Part shown: positions 1 through 8,467 of the stretch, in pieces
How the letters are laid out: each line of letters begins with the position of its first letter
How positions within the stretch are numbered: position 1 is the first letter of the stretch
Assembly (NCBI GenBank): GCA_963699255.1
Contig: OY969425.1
Location: forward strand, 120,001 to 152,000
Reading direction: 5' to 3'
Length of the DNA: 32,000 nt
Source of the DNA: an uncultured bacterium
GTDB taxonomy: Bacteria; Margulisbacteria; WOR-1; CAVSGV01
The notes under the pieces: generated by a model
Seen by the model: the letters and a program-made list of their open reading frames with translations, nothing else
Told to the model about the DNA's origin: nothing
Databases searched by the model: none
Program-made: the position numbers and the translations under genes

Positions 1-521
1 GCGGAAAGGAATTCGGCTGCAGGTTCACATATAAGGTGCAGGATGAAGCAGGAGGGATCGCACAGGCGCTGGGCATTGCGGAACATTTCTCTAACGGGGA
101 AAAGATCCTGGTTATACTGGGAGATAATATTTTTGAGGAAGATCTATCGAAGATCGTATCTAAATTCGAGGGACAATCGTCCGGAGCAAAGCTGTTACTG
201 AAAGAAGTAAAAGATCCGAACAGGTTCGGAGTCGCTGAGATCAAGGGGGATAAGATAGTCGGGATCGAGGAAAAGCCCAAAAAACCGAAAAGCAACCTGA
301 TAGTGACAGGCATATACATGTACAACACCGACGTTTTCAAGATCATTAGAAAGCTAAGACCATCCACAAGGGGAGAACTGGAAATAACCGATGTGAACAA
401 TGAATACATAAAACGCGGAGAAATAACGTATGAGATAATGCGGGGTTGGTGGACCGACGCGGGGACGTTTGAAACTCTTGAGCTGGCAAGCAGACTTGTT
501 GAAGGGCGAGCGGCAAAGTGA
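1..521 (+). CDS. rfbA: Sugar-phosphate nucleotidyltransferase, glucose-1-phosphate thymidylyltransferase-like (5' end cut by window edge; frame enters at nt 3)
   Basis: The open frame continues upstream of the listed Met to nt 3 (GKEFGCRFTYKVQDEAGGIAQAL). It has NTP-transferase core motifs (LGDNIF, RFGV, EKP, GIYMY, WTDAGT). Its stop overlaps the GTG start of a dTDP-glucose dehydratase gene. Confidence 0.8.
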   Translation, partial: GKEFGCRFTYKVQDEAGGIAQALGIAEHFSNGEKILVILGDNIFEEDLSKIVSKFEGQSSGAKLLLKEVKDPNRFGVAEIKGDKIVGIEEKPKKPKSNLIVTGIYMYNTDVFKIIRKLRPSTRGELEITDVNNEYIKRGEITYEIMRGWWTDAGTFETLELASRLVEGRAAK

Positions 522-1543
522 AAAGGATACTGGTCACAGGCGGCTGCGGATTCATCGGCAGCAATTTTATCAGACATGTAATCAATAAGGATTACTTCAT
601 CTGCAACCTTGATGATCTGACCTACGCGGGCAATCTTGAGAATCTAAGTGACATTGCCGGCAAAAAGAACTACAGGTTCGTTAAGGGGGATATCGGCGAT
701 CCGAAGATGGTCCGGAAGACGCTGACAGATTTTCACATTGACGCTATCATTAATTTTGCAGCTGAATCGCATGTTGACAGGAGCATATTAGGGCCCGAGA
801 TATTCACAAGAACGAACGTTCTGGGCGCTCAGGTGCTTCTTGATGTTTCCCGGGAGCTGTGGTCAAAGAACTCCTTCAGCGGGAATAAGTTCATTCAAGT
901 CTCCACAGATGAGGTTTACGGCTCTCTTGGCAGAACGGGCAAGTTCAGGGAAGACACGCCTCTCTCGGCGAACAGCCCTTATTCCGCGAGCAAAGCGGCT
1001 GCCGACCTTCTGGCCATGTCGTATCATAATACGTTCGGTTTTCCGGCGGTCATATCCAGGTGTTCAAATAACTACGGGCCTTATCAGTTTCCGGAGAAGT
1101 TCATACCTTTAATGATCATCAACGCGCTGTCAGGGCGTAGGCTTCCCGTATATGGGGACGGCTTGAACGTAAGGGACTGGCTGCATGTGGAGGACCATTG
1201 CAGCGCGATTGAAACCATACTTAAGAAAGGGAAGATCGGGGAGGTCTACAATATCGGCGGAAGCAACGAATGGAAGAACATCGATGTGGTCAAAGAAATA
1301 TTGAAGCTCCTCAACAAACCCGAATCGCTCATTGATTTTGTGACCGACAGGCTCGGGCACGATAGGCGGTACGCCATGGATGCGGGAAAGATCAGGAAAG
1401 AACTTGGATGGTGGCCAAAGCACAGGTTTGATGAGGGATTGAAGGAGACGATAGGGTGGTATCTGGAAAACAAAAGCTGGTGGAAGAAGATAATCAGCGG
1501 CGAATATAAGAGCTACTACAAGAAAATGTATAATGAAAGATGA
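518..1543 (+). CDS. rfbB: dTDP-glucose 4,6-dehydratase
   Basis: N-terminal Rossmann motif VTGGCGFIGSNF. SDR catalytic YxxxK (YSASKAA). Colinear with RmlB over the full 341 aa. GTGA start/stop overlap with the upstream gene. Confidence 0.92.
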   Translation: MKRILVTGGCGFIGSNFIRHVINKDYFICNLDDLTYAGNLENLSDIAGKKNYRFVKGDIGDPKMVRKTLTDFHIDAIINFAAESHVDRSILGPEIFTRTNVLGAQVLLDVSRELWSKNSFSGNKFIQVSTDEVYGSLGRTGKFREDTPLSANSPYSASKAAADLLAMSYHNTFGFPAVISRCSNNYGPYQFPEKFIPLMIINALSGRRLPVYGDGLNVRDWLHVEDHCSAIETILKKGKIGEVYNIGGSNEWKNIDVVKEILKLLNKPESLIDFVTDRLGHDRRYAMDAGKIRKELGWWPKHRFDEGLKETIGWYLENKSWWKKIISGEYKSYYKKMYNER

Positions 1544-1544
1544 A

Positions 1545-1649
1545 GAGCCCGCGACTGAACGTCGCGGCTCCAATTAGTTTTCTGGGCGCGACTAGAATTG
1601 GCTGAACCGATTTAGTTAGTTGGAGCCGAGGCGTTTAGCCTCGGGGCTC
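1545..1649 (+). repeat. Two-hairpin intergenic repeat element, copy 1 (H1 1545-1570, CCAATTAG, spacer, H2 1622-1649)
   Basis: H1 is GAGCCCGCGAC-tgaac-GTCGCGGCTC. H2 is GGAGCCGAGGC-gttta-GCCTCGGGGCTC. Related copies lie at 16760-16846 (same orientation) and 7372-7418 (inverted). Confidence 0.75.
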
Positions 1650-1660
1650 AGAGATAAAAG

Positions 1661-2747
1661 ATGAAAACAGCTTTAGTTCATGATTATTTAAACCAGGCCG
1701 GCGGGGCTGAAAGAGTCGTAGAATGTCTCCACGAAGCCTTCCCGCAAGCCCCGATATTTACATCAATTTATGACAGGAAGAGAATGCCTGACATTTTCAA
1801 GACCATGGATATCAGGACGTCATTTATGCAGCACCTTCCTTTCGTGATGAAACACTTCAAAAAATATCTTCCGCTTTATCCTTTTGCGTTCGAGAGCTTC
1901 AACCTGTCAGGTTACGATCTGATACTTTCGAGCAGCAGCGCGTGGGGAAAAGGCATCAAAAAGGGTAAAGGTGCGTTGCATATATGCTATTGCCATTCTC
2001 CCATGAGATTTGTCTGGATGTACGAGGATTATATGGAGAAGGAAGAATACGGCCCTCTCGTGAGAAAAATATTGCCTCCCGTACTGAAGTGGTTGCGGCA
2101 ATGGGACCTAAAAACCTCAAAGAACGTTGATCATTTCATCGCTAATTCCAGAACAACTCAGAAGCGCATAAAGCTGTTCTACGGGAGGGACTCGGAAGTG
2201 GTCCATCCTCCAGTTGATACTTCATTTTTTAAGCCGTATAATAGCAAAATCAAGGATTATTTCCTTGTTGTCTCCAGGTTGAACCCTTATAAGCACATAG
2301 ATTCTGGCCGTTGAAGCGTTCAATGAGCTTGGATTGCCGTTATATGTAATAGGTATCGGCCCTGATGAGAAACGGCTTAAAAAGCTGGCAAAACCCAACG
2401 TTAAGTTTCTGGGGAGATTGCCCGACAGTGAAATAGTTGAGCATTATTCGCAGTGCCGGGCTTTTATTTTGCCGGGTGAGGAAGATTTCGGACTTACTCC
2501 CGTTGAATCCCAGGCGTGCGGACGACCTGTTATAGCTTACAGGGCGGGAGGAGCTCAGGAATCGATCATTGAGGGAAAGACGGGGATATTTTTTGATAAG
2601 CAGGGAAAGGGATCGCTGACGGATGCGGTCAGAAAATTCAGCTCATTGTCTTTTGATCCGGCCGTGATAAGAGAGAATGCATTAAGATTCGATAAAAGTG
2701 TGTTCAAAATGAAAATAAAGGAGTTCGTAGATGCAAAAAGAAAGTAA
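1661..2747 (+). pseudogene. GT4-family (GT-B) glycosyltransferase disrupted by a +1 frameshift near nt 2302/2303, or by an assembly error
   Basis: ORF 1661-2314 encodes the N-terminal GT-B domain and ends ...SRLNPYKHIDSGR*. The third-position frame (nt divisible by 3) opens after TAG at 2298-2300 and reads ILAVEAFNELGLPLYVIGIGPDE..., continuing through the C-terminal domain with the E-x7-E motif (EDFGLTPVE). Deleting one T of GATTCTG restores HID-LAVEAF, the usual junction of this family. Confidence 0.75.
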
Positions 2748-5142
2748 GCAGGCTAATCCGGCAAAACCCCGTATCGCGGGGAAAGAGCATGAATCGATAT
2801 TTGACATTGCCATAGAAATGCTTTTTATCGCAGTGGTTTTTCTGGCGCCGGTGATCTTTGACAGGCGAGTAGGCATCGTATTCTCACTGACAAAGGTAAC
2901 CGTCGTCAGGCTCATTATTATCGCGATATTGACCATATGGGCGGTTAAGATCATGCTGAAGCAGGAGCACAAGTTCGTCCGCAGTCCTTTGGACTATCCC
3001 ATATTATCCTATATGCTTGTTTGCACCGTAGCGGCGCTTACATCTGTTCATGTGCTCACAAGCTTTATGGGCTTTTACGGTAGATATGAAGGGTGCTCAA
3101 CACTTTATATGTATTGCTTATTGTTTTTTATTACCACAAATTTCATTCGTTCCAAAGAACAGATCCTAAGGGTAATGTATACAGTCATAATCGCGGGGGT
3201 GTGCATGGCTGTCTACGGCGTCATTCAAAGAATGGGAATGGACCCATATGCGTGGGGAGGAGTTACCACATGGCAAAGAGTGATAGGCACCATTGGGCAA
3301 CCTAACTTTCTTGCCGCATATGTGGACATGGCCTTTGTGATCGGTCTTGCGCTGCTCCTTAACTTAAAAGATATCAGATGGAGCAAGGAGTTCCAGTGGC
3401 AGACCGTGTATGATGTTTTCCTCAGAGCAGCTTTGATAATCAGTCTGTTTTTGATATACGTCTGCGTCCTTTTTACGATAAGCCGCGGCGGTTTTCTTGG
3501 TCTGTTTGGCGGGGTATCTTTGTTCTTTATTTGCGCGAACCGGAACCTGACGATCGATAAAAGGAAGGAACTTTTTGTCCTGTTCCTGCTGATAGCGATA
3601 ATATCGGTCATCACTTCCTTGAATCCGGATACCGCGCCGTTCGGAAGGGTTAGTTCTGAGGTCGCAAGGGTTGAAGAAATTGGAGCTAAGGAGACTCCGA
3701 TAATAACCTACAGCGCGTCGCTTTCACGTATAGAGACATGGAAAAGTGCATACAGGATCATATCTGACAGGCCTATTTTTGGAATAGGGCAGGAAGTCCT
3801 AAAAATGGTCTTTCCAAGATATGAGACCAACAAATTCCGCTTTTATGAAGGGTTTCATGTTAAGCAGGATAGATGTCACAATGAAGTCTGCGATATGTCG
3901 GTGACAAGAGGGGTCATCGGCCTGGCGGTATACGTTTGGGTCCTTTCAACTTTCTTTTACATGGGGATCAAGCTGATAAGAGGGGACTTCGATCCAGAAT
4001 TGAAATTGTTTTCCGCGGGATTTATGGGCGCATCCGCGGCATACCTTATACAAAATCAGTTCAGTTTTGGGGTTGTTGCCATAACAACGCTTCTCTGGAT
4101 AATGATGGGTTTGACGACCTCCATATATGTTAGATCACAGCAGCCCGAGAATGCGAAGAGCGCGGATCTCTCGAATATGCCCTGGCTATTATTTGCCGCA
4201 GTATTGATCCTGGCTCTTTTCCTGACCTACCTCTCGACGATACAGTTCAGGGCCGATATACACTTTAAAAATGGAGGCGCGCTGAACGATATGAGGCGTT
4301 TTGACCTTGCGGTCAAGGAGTATGAAACGTCGCTGAAGATAAGTCCGTATGAGGGAGGGACATGGACGCATTACGGCCTTGCCACACTTAATGTGGCCTT
4401 TTCAGCAGGAGATGCGGGATATATCAAGAAATCGCTGGATGTTTTTGATGTCGCGACCAAGGTGGACCCTTACAATGCCGATAATTTTTTCATTATTGGA
4501 AAGATCAATTTTAACGAGCTTCGTCCAAATGATACCGCTTCTCTGGATAGGATAATAGAGATCGAGAAGAACGCGATCAAGATCGATCCTCTTTACGCGG
4601 AGGCCTTTCAAATTATCGGGGCCATATATGAGAAGGAGGGGAAGAACAGAGACGCTGCACAGATGTATGAAAGGGCGGTCGAGATCAATCCCCAGCTGCC
4701 CGATGCTGTGTCGGGCCTTGCGAATATTTATATCAAGCTGAATGAGCCAAGAAAGATCATTGATATATTCAATGATTTTCTTGTCAAATATCCCAACAAT
4801 GCCGTATTTCAGGAAAATCTTGCCGCCCTTTATGTAAAGACAGGAGAGATAAACCAGGCGGTGAAAATATATGAGGCAATGGTCGAGGTAAACCCGCAAA
4901 ACATTAATGCCCTCGTGAACCTTGGTTTCATGTCTGCAAGGACCGGGAATATGGCCAAGGCAAAGGACAGTTTTGAAAGAGCGTATTTGATAGATCCCAA
5001 GAACGTGAATGTTCACAACGGCCTGGGCCTTGTTTATCTTGCGGTCGGGCAAAAGGAAAAAGCCAGGGAGGAATTCAATCAGACTTTAATGCTGGATCCA
5101 AATAATCAATATGCAAAGGACATGCTCGGGAGAATAAAATAA
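2731..5142 (+). CDS. O-antigen ligase / Wzy-like polytopic membrane protein with C-terminal TPR repeat domain
   Basis: The N-terminal ~480 aa is strongly hydrophobic with many predicted TM helices. It carries Wzy_C-like segments (FTISRGGFLGLFGG; RIETWKSAYRIISDRPIFGIGQE). The C-terminal ~300 aa consists of repeated 34-aa TPR-like units (AEAFQIIGAIYEKEGKNRDAAQMYERAVEINP etc.). Confidence 0.75.
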   Translation: MQKESKQANPAKPRIAGKEHESIFDIAIEMLFIAVVFLAPVIFDRRVGIVFSLTKVTVVRLIIIAILTIWAVKIMLKQEHKFVRSPLDYPILSYMLVCTVAALTSVHVLTSFMGFYGRYEGCSTLYMYCLLFFITTNFIRSKEQILRVMYTVIIAGVCMAVYGVIQRMGMDPYAWGGVTTWQRVIGTIGQPNFLAAYVDMAFVIGLALLLNLKDIRWSKEFQWQTVYDVFLRAALIISLFLIYVCVLFTISRGGFLGLFGGVSLFFICANRNLTIDKRKELFVLFLLIAIISVITSLNPDTAPFGRVSSEVARVEEIGAKETPIITYSASLSRIETWKSAYRIISDRPIFGIGQEVLKMVFPRYETNKFRFYEGFHVKQDRCHNEVCDMSVTRGVIGLAVYVWVLSTFFYMGIKLIRGDFDPELKLFSAGFMGASAAYLIQNQFSFGVVAITTLLWIMMGLTTSIYVRSQQPENAKSADLSNMPWLLFAAVLILALFLTYLSTIQFRADIHFKNGGALNDMRRFDLAVKEYETSLKISPYEGGTWTHYGLATLNVAFSAGDAGYIKKSLDVFDVATKVDPYNADNFFIIGKINFNELRPNDTASLDRIIEIEKNAIKIDPLYAEAFQIIGAIYEKEGKNRDAAQMYERAVEINPQLPDAVSGLANIYIKLNEPRKIIDIFNDFLVKYPNNAVFQENLAALYVKTGEINQAVKIYEAMVEVNPQNINALVNLGFMSARTGNMAKAKDSFERAYLIDPKNVNVHNGLGLVYLAVGQKEKAREEFNQTLMLDPNNQYAKDMLGRIK

Positions 5143-6564
5143 ATGTTGAGAAGAACAGCTAAATTCCCGCAGTTGCTGCTGTTGATCATCGATGCTTTAG
5201 TGATTAATATATCTTTTATTCTGGCTTATTATCTCAGGTTTGAGTGGCTGATGGGAAAATCCCCGGCGATCATACCGCAGCTGGGCAGGTTCTATTATAT
5301 CCTTATCTTCGTGACGTTCCTGTGGCTGGCCCTGTTCAAGCTCCTTGGGCTTTATGATAAGAGGGATATCACTTCGACAGGTGACGAGGCCTCTTCAATA
5401 TTCGGAGCAACGATAGTCGGTTCGCTGTTCTTGTTCGCGCTTCTCTTTTTGTACAGGGGGTTCTGGTTCTCAAGAGCGTTGCTCATTTACGCGATGATCA
5501 TCTGTTCGGTGCTGATGATATTTTCAAGATATGTGCTGAACAGCTTTCAAAGGGAGCTTTATAAGAGAGGGATAGGCGTCAGACGCACTCTTATCCTGGG
5601 AGCAGGAGAGATCGGGCAGGGGCTCGCCTTTAAAATGTTATCGGAGAAAGAGATAGGATATAAAGCCGTAGCGTTCCTGGATGACGATCCCGATAAGACG
5701 GGCAAGAGTTTCCACGGTGTCCCTGTCATGGGGTCGATCATCAGCACAAAGAACAAAATAAAGGAACTCGGCATTGATGAGGTGATCCTGGCGACGGGAA
5801 AACTGCACCAGCAGAAAGTGCTGGAAATAATCACGGAGTGCGAAGGGGAAGGCGTTGAATTCAAGCTTGTGCCGGGAATACTTGAGCTGATCGCCTCAAG
5901 GATATCAACGGACGAAATTGGTGGCATCCCCCTTCTTACCATTAAAGAGATCAGGCTTCAGGGATTCAACGCCGCTCTAAAGCGGCTTATTGATATTTGC
6001 GTTTCTCTCACGATGCTTTTGGTTTTTTCCCCCCTGATACTGCTTGTTGCTGTTGCGATCAAGATCGAATCAAAAGGGCCGGTCTATTTCACTCAGAGGC
6101 GCATAGGAAAAGACGGCAAGACATTCAATCTTTACAAGTTCCGTTCCATGATCGAAAAAGCCGAATCCATGTTCCAACAGGTTGTTGCAGATAAGGGCGG
6201 CGATATCATCAGGTTCAAGGCAAAAGACGATCCCCGTATCACCAGGGTAGGCAGAATAATAAGAAAGCTCAGCATCGATGAACTGCCCCAGCTGATAAAC
6301 GTTTTGATCGGGGACATGAGCCTGGTCGGGCCCAGGCCTCCGGTGCCGATCGAAGTTGAAAAATATTCCTCCTGGCATAAAAAACGGCTGAGGATACGTC
6401 CGGGGATCACGGGGCTCTGGCAGGTGTCGGGGCGCAGCGAGCTGCCGTTCGAGGATATGGTCCGGCTTGATGTTTACTATATCGAGAACTGGTCTCTCTG
6501 GATGGATTTCAGGATAATCCTGAGGACTTTCCCGGCGGTGCTTTTCGGCTCCGGAGCGTATTAA
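5143..6564 (+). CDS. Polyprenyl-phosphate sugar-1-phosphate transferase (WbaP/exopolysaccharide priming glycosyltransferase family)
   Basis: N-terminal TM helices, a central Rossmann-like segment (LILGAGEIG) and a C-terminal bacterial sugar-transferase domain (LYKFRSM, DELPQLINVLIGDMSLVGPRP, PGITGLWQVSGR). Confidence 0.88.
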   Translation: MLRRTAKFPQLLLLIIDALVINISFILAYYLRFEWLMGKSPAIIPQLGRFYYILIFVTFLWLALFKLLGLYDKRDITSTGDEASSIFGATIVGSLFLFALLFLYRGFWFSRALLIYAMIICSVLMIFSRYVLNSFQRELYKRGIGVRRTLILGAGEIGQGLAFKMLSEKEIGYKAVAFLDDDPDKTGKSFHGVPVMGSIISTKNKIKELGIDEVILATGKLHQQKVLEIITECEGEGVEFKLVPGILELIASRISTDEIGGIPLLTIKEIRLQGFNAALKRLIDICVSLTMLLVFSPLILLVAVAIKIESKGPVYFTQRRIGKDGKTFNLYKFRSMIEKAESMFQQVVADKGGDIIRFKAKDDPRITRVGRIIRKLSIDELPQLINVLIGDMSLVGPRPPVPIEVEKYSSWHKKRLRIRPGITGLWQVSGRSELPFEDMVRLDVYYIENWSLWMDFRIILRTFPAVLFGSGAY

Positions 6565-6575
6565 CAATAACATAG

Positions 6576-7382
6576 ATGCTTACAAGCACCCAAAACCCGA
6601 AGGTTAAATATTTTAATTCCCTTAAACAGAATAAAACACGCAGGGCTGCGGGGAAATTTTTCATTGAAGGGATCCATCTTGTCGGCGAGGCGATGCAGGC
6701 GGGGCTTCTTGACAGGGTCCTTTACAGTGAGAACGTCCTGAAAACATCTGAAGGGAAGAACCTTCTGGGGAAGCTGATTTCTTCCGGCATACCCAGTGAA
6801 GAAGCAAGTGAAAGCGTCATCAAACATCTTTCTAGCGTTGAATCTCCCCAGGGAATAATCGCTTCAGTTAAGCCGAAAGCTTCCGATCTCGGGAGCCTTT
6901 TTGAGAAGTCAGATCCTTTGATCATCGTGGCGTGCGGCATACAAGACCCCGGCAACCTGGGGACGATGATCAGGACGGCGGATGCGGCCGGATGTTCCGG
7001 GATAATATTGTCTGCCGGAACGGTCGATCCGTACAATGACAAGGTCATCAGGGCTTCTTCAGGATCGATTTTTCATTTAAACATGGTAAAAATTGATGAT
7101 ATAATCGAGCTTGTTTCATCACTGAAGAGACGCGGGGTAAGGGTCATCTCGGCTGTTGTCGGTGCCGATAAGGAATATTATTCGGTCGATTACCGCGGAC
7201 CGGCCGCGATCTTGATAGGGAGCGAAAGCAAGGGAATATCCCCTGAGACCGAGAGACTTTCGGATGAATCGATCGCGATACCGATGCTTGGAGGAGTTGA
7301 ATCGCTTAATGCTGCTGTTTCGTGTGCGATCGTTATTTATGAAGCCCTGAGGCAGAGGAGACAACTGAAAACCCGAGACTAA
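6576..7382 (+). CDS. TrmH/SpoU-family RNA 2'-O-methyltransferase (RlmB-like)
   Basis: SpoU methylase motifs GNLGTMIRTADAAG, LIGSESKGIS and IPMLGGVESLNAAVSCAIVIYE. It also has an N-terminal substrate-binding-type extension. Confidence 0.85.
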   Translation: MLTSTQNPKVKYFNSLKQNKTRRAAGKFFIEGIHLVGEAMQAGLLDRVLYSENVLKTSEGKNLLGKLISSGIPSEEASESVIKHLSSVESPQGIIASVKPKASDLGSLFEKSDPLIIVACGIQDPGNLGTMIRTADAAGCSGIILSAGTVDPYNDKVIRASSGSIFHLNMVKIDDIIELVSSLKRRGVRVISAVVGADKEYYSVDYRGPAAILIGSESKGISPETERLSDESIAIPMLGGVESLNAAVSCAIVIYEALRQRRQLKTRD

Positions 7383-7418
7383 AGTCTCGGATAACTTAAC
7401 CGCGACTTCAGTCGCGGG
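7372..7418 (-). repeat. Two-hairpin intergenic repeat element, compact inverted copy (H2' 7372-7390, H1' 7400-7418)
   Basis: CCCGAGAC-taaa-GTCTCGG and CCGCGAC-ttca-GTCGCGG(G) match the reverse complements of H2 and H1 of copy 1, and the hairpin order is also inverted. The element overlaps the last codons and the TAA stop of the upstream gene. Confidence 0.65.
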
Positions 7419-7438
7419 ACTATTACAGAGGAGGATTA

Positions 7439-8467
7439 ATGGAGGAGGCTAGACTTATCAACGTGGACCAGATCGAGCGGGATGCCGTTTCCTCGATAGG
7501 GAACGCGTCTTCGCTGAAAGAGCTTGAAGACATAAAGATAAGATATCTCGGAAGAAAAGGCGATATACAGGAGCTCTTAAAGCGTCTCCCGACACTTGCG
7601 CCCGACATTCGTCCCAAATATGGGCAACGCGTCAACGATATCAAGAATAAGATACAACAGCTTGTCGATGAAAAAATAAAGAGCGTTTCTCGCGAGGCGG
7701 TATCAAAAAAATTAAAGGAAGAAAAGATCGATATAACCCTTCCCGGAACAGGGATAGTCAAAGGGAATCTCCATCCGATAACGAAGGTTTTCGAGGAGAT
7801 GAAGCAGATATTCACCAGGATCGGATATTCCATAGCGGAAGGGCCGGACATCGAGACGAACTGGAATAATTTTGAGGCGCTGAACTTTCCTCCCGAACAC
7901 CCCGCGATGGACATGCAGGCGACGTTCTTCGTGGAGGGAGGATATGTTCTAAGGACCCACACTTCTCCCGTGCAGATAAGGGTCATGGAGAAGAACAATC
8001 CGCCGATATCCATCATCACGCCCGGGCGCGTATACCGTTGCGACGCGGACGTGACGCATTCCCCCGTTTTTCACCAGCTTGAGGGACTTGTCGTTGACGA
8101 AAAGATAACATTTGCGGACCTTAAGGGCACGCTTACTTATTTTATCCATGAAATGTTCGGCAAGGAGAGGCATGTCAGGTTCAGACCTTCATTTTTCCCG
8201 TTCACGGAGCCGTCCGCGGAAATGGATATTGAATGCATCATATGCAGCGGGGTCGGATGCCGCGTCTGCAAGAACACGGGATGGCTTGAAATTCTCGGTT
8301 CCGGAATGGTCGACCCGAACGTGTTCAGCAATGTCGGCTATGATCCCCAGAAATACTCCGGGTTCGCTTTCGGCATGGGGATAGAGCGCATAGCGATACT
8401 CAAGTACGGGATACCGGATATCAGGCTTTTCTATGAGAATGACCTGAGATTTTTGAGGCAGTTATGA
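7439..8467 (+). CDS. pheS: Phenylalanine--tRNA ligase alpha subunit
   Basis: Class II aaRS motifs (FRPSFFPFTEPSAE; GFAFGMGIERIAILKYGIPDIR). Strong RBS GAGGAGG lies 4 nt upstream of the ATG. ATGA overlap with pheT. Confidence 0.95.
   Translation: MEEARLINVDQIERDAVSSIGNASSLKELEDIKIRYLGRKGDIQELLKRLPTLAPDIRPKYGQRVNDIKNKIQQLVDEKIKSVSREAVSKKLKEEKIDITLPGTGIVKGNLHPITKVFEEMKQIFTRIGYSIAEGPDIETNWNNFEALNFPPEHPAMDMQATFFVEGGYVLRTHTSPVQIRVMEKNNPPISIITPGRVYRCDADVTHSPVFHQLEGLVVDEKITFADLKGTLTYFIHEMFGKERHVRFRPSFFPFTEPSAEMDIECIICSGVGCRVCKNTGWLEILGSGMVDPNVFSNVGYDPQKYSGFAFGMGIERIAILKYGIPDIRLFYENDLRFLRQL

Noticed and set aside
1-1543. An apparently incomplete dTDP-rhamnose pathway (rfbA and rfbB present, no rfbC or rfbD).
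   Set aside because: The locus runs off the 5' window edge, so the missing genes may lie upstream. This cannot be evaluated from the window.
1551-1565. The H1 hairpin can be drawn as a 5-bp stem with the 7-nt loop CTGAACG, resembling a tRNA-Phe anticodon loop (GAA). The inverted copy next to pheS shows TTC, the Phe codon, in its loop. This hints at tRNA mimicry or a T-box-like specifier.
   Set aside because: No cloverleaf, acceptor stem or T-arm is present. The position equivalent to tRNA position 37 is C rather than a purine. The 'codon' in the pheS-proximal copy is simply the reverse complement produced by element inversion. Copy 2 has AAA instead.
7383-7438. Possible T-box or leader-peptide attenuator upstream of pheST.
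   Set aside because: Only 56 nt are available, far shorter than a T-box. There is no Phe-rich leader ORF, and the hairpins present are explained by the repeat element.
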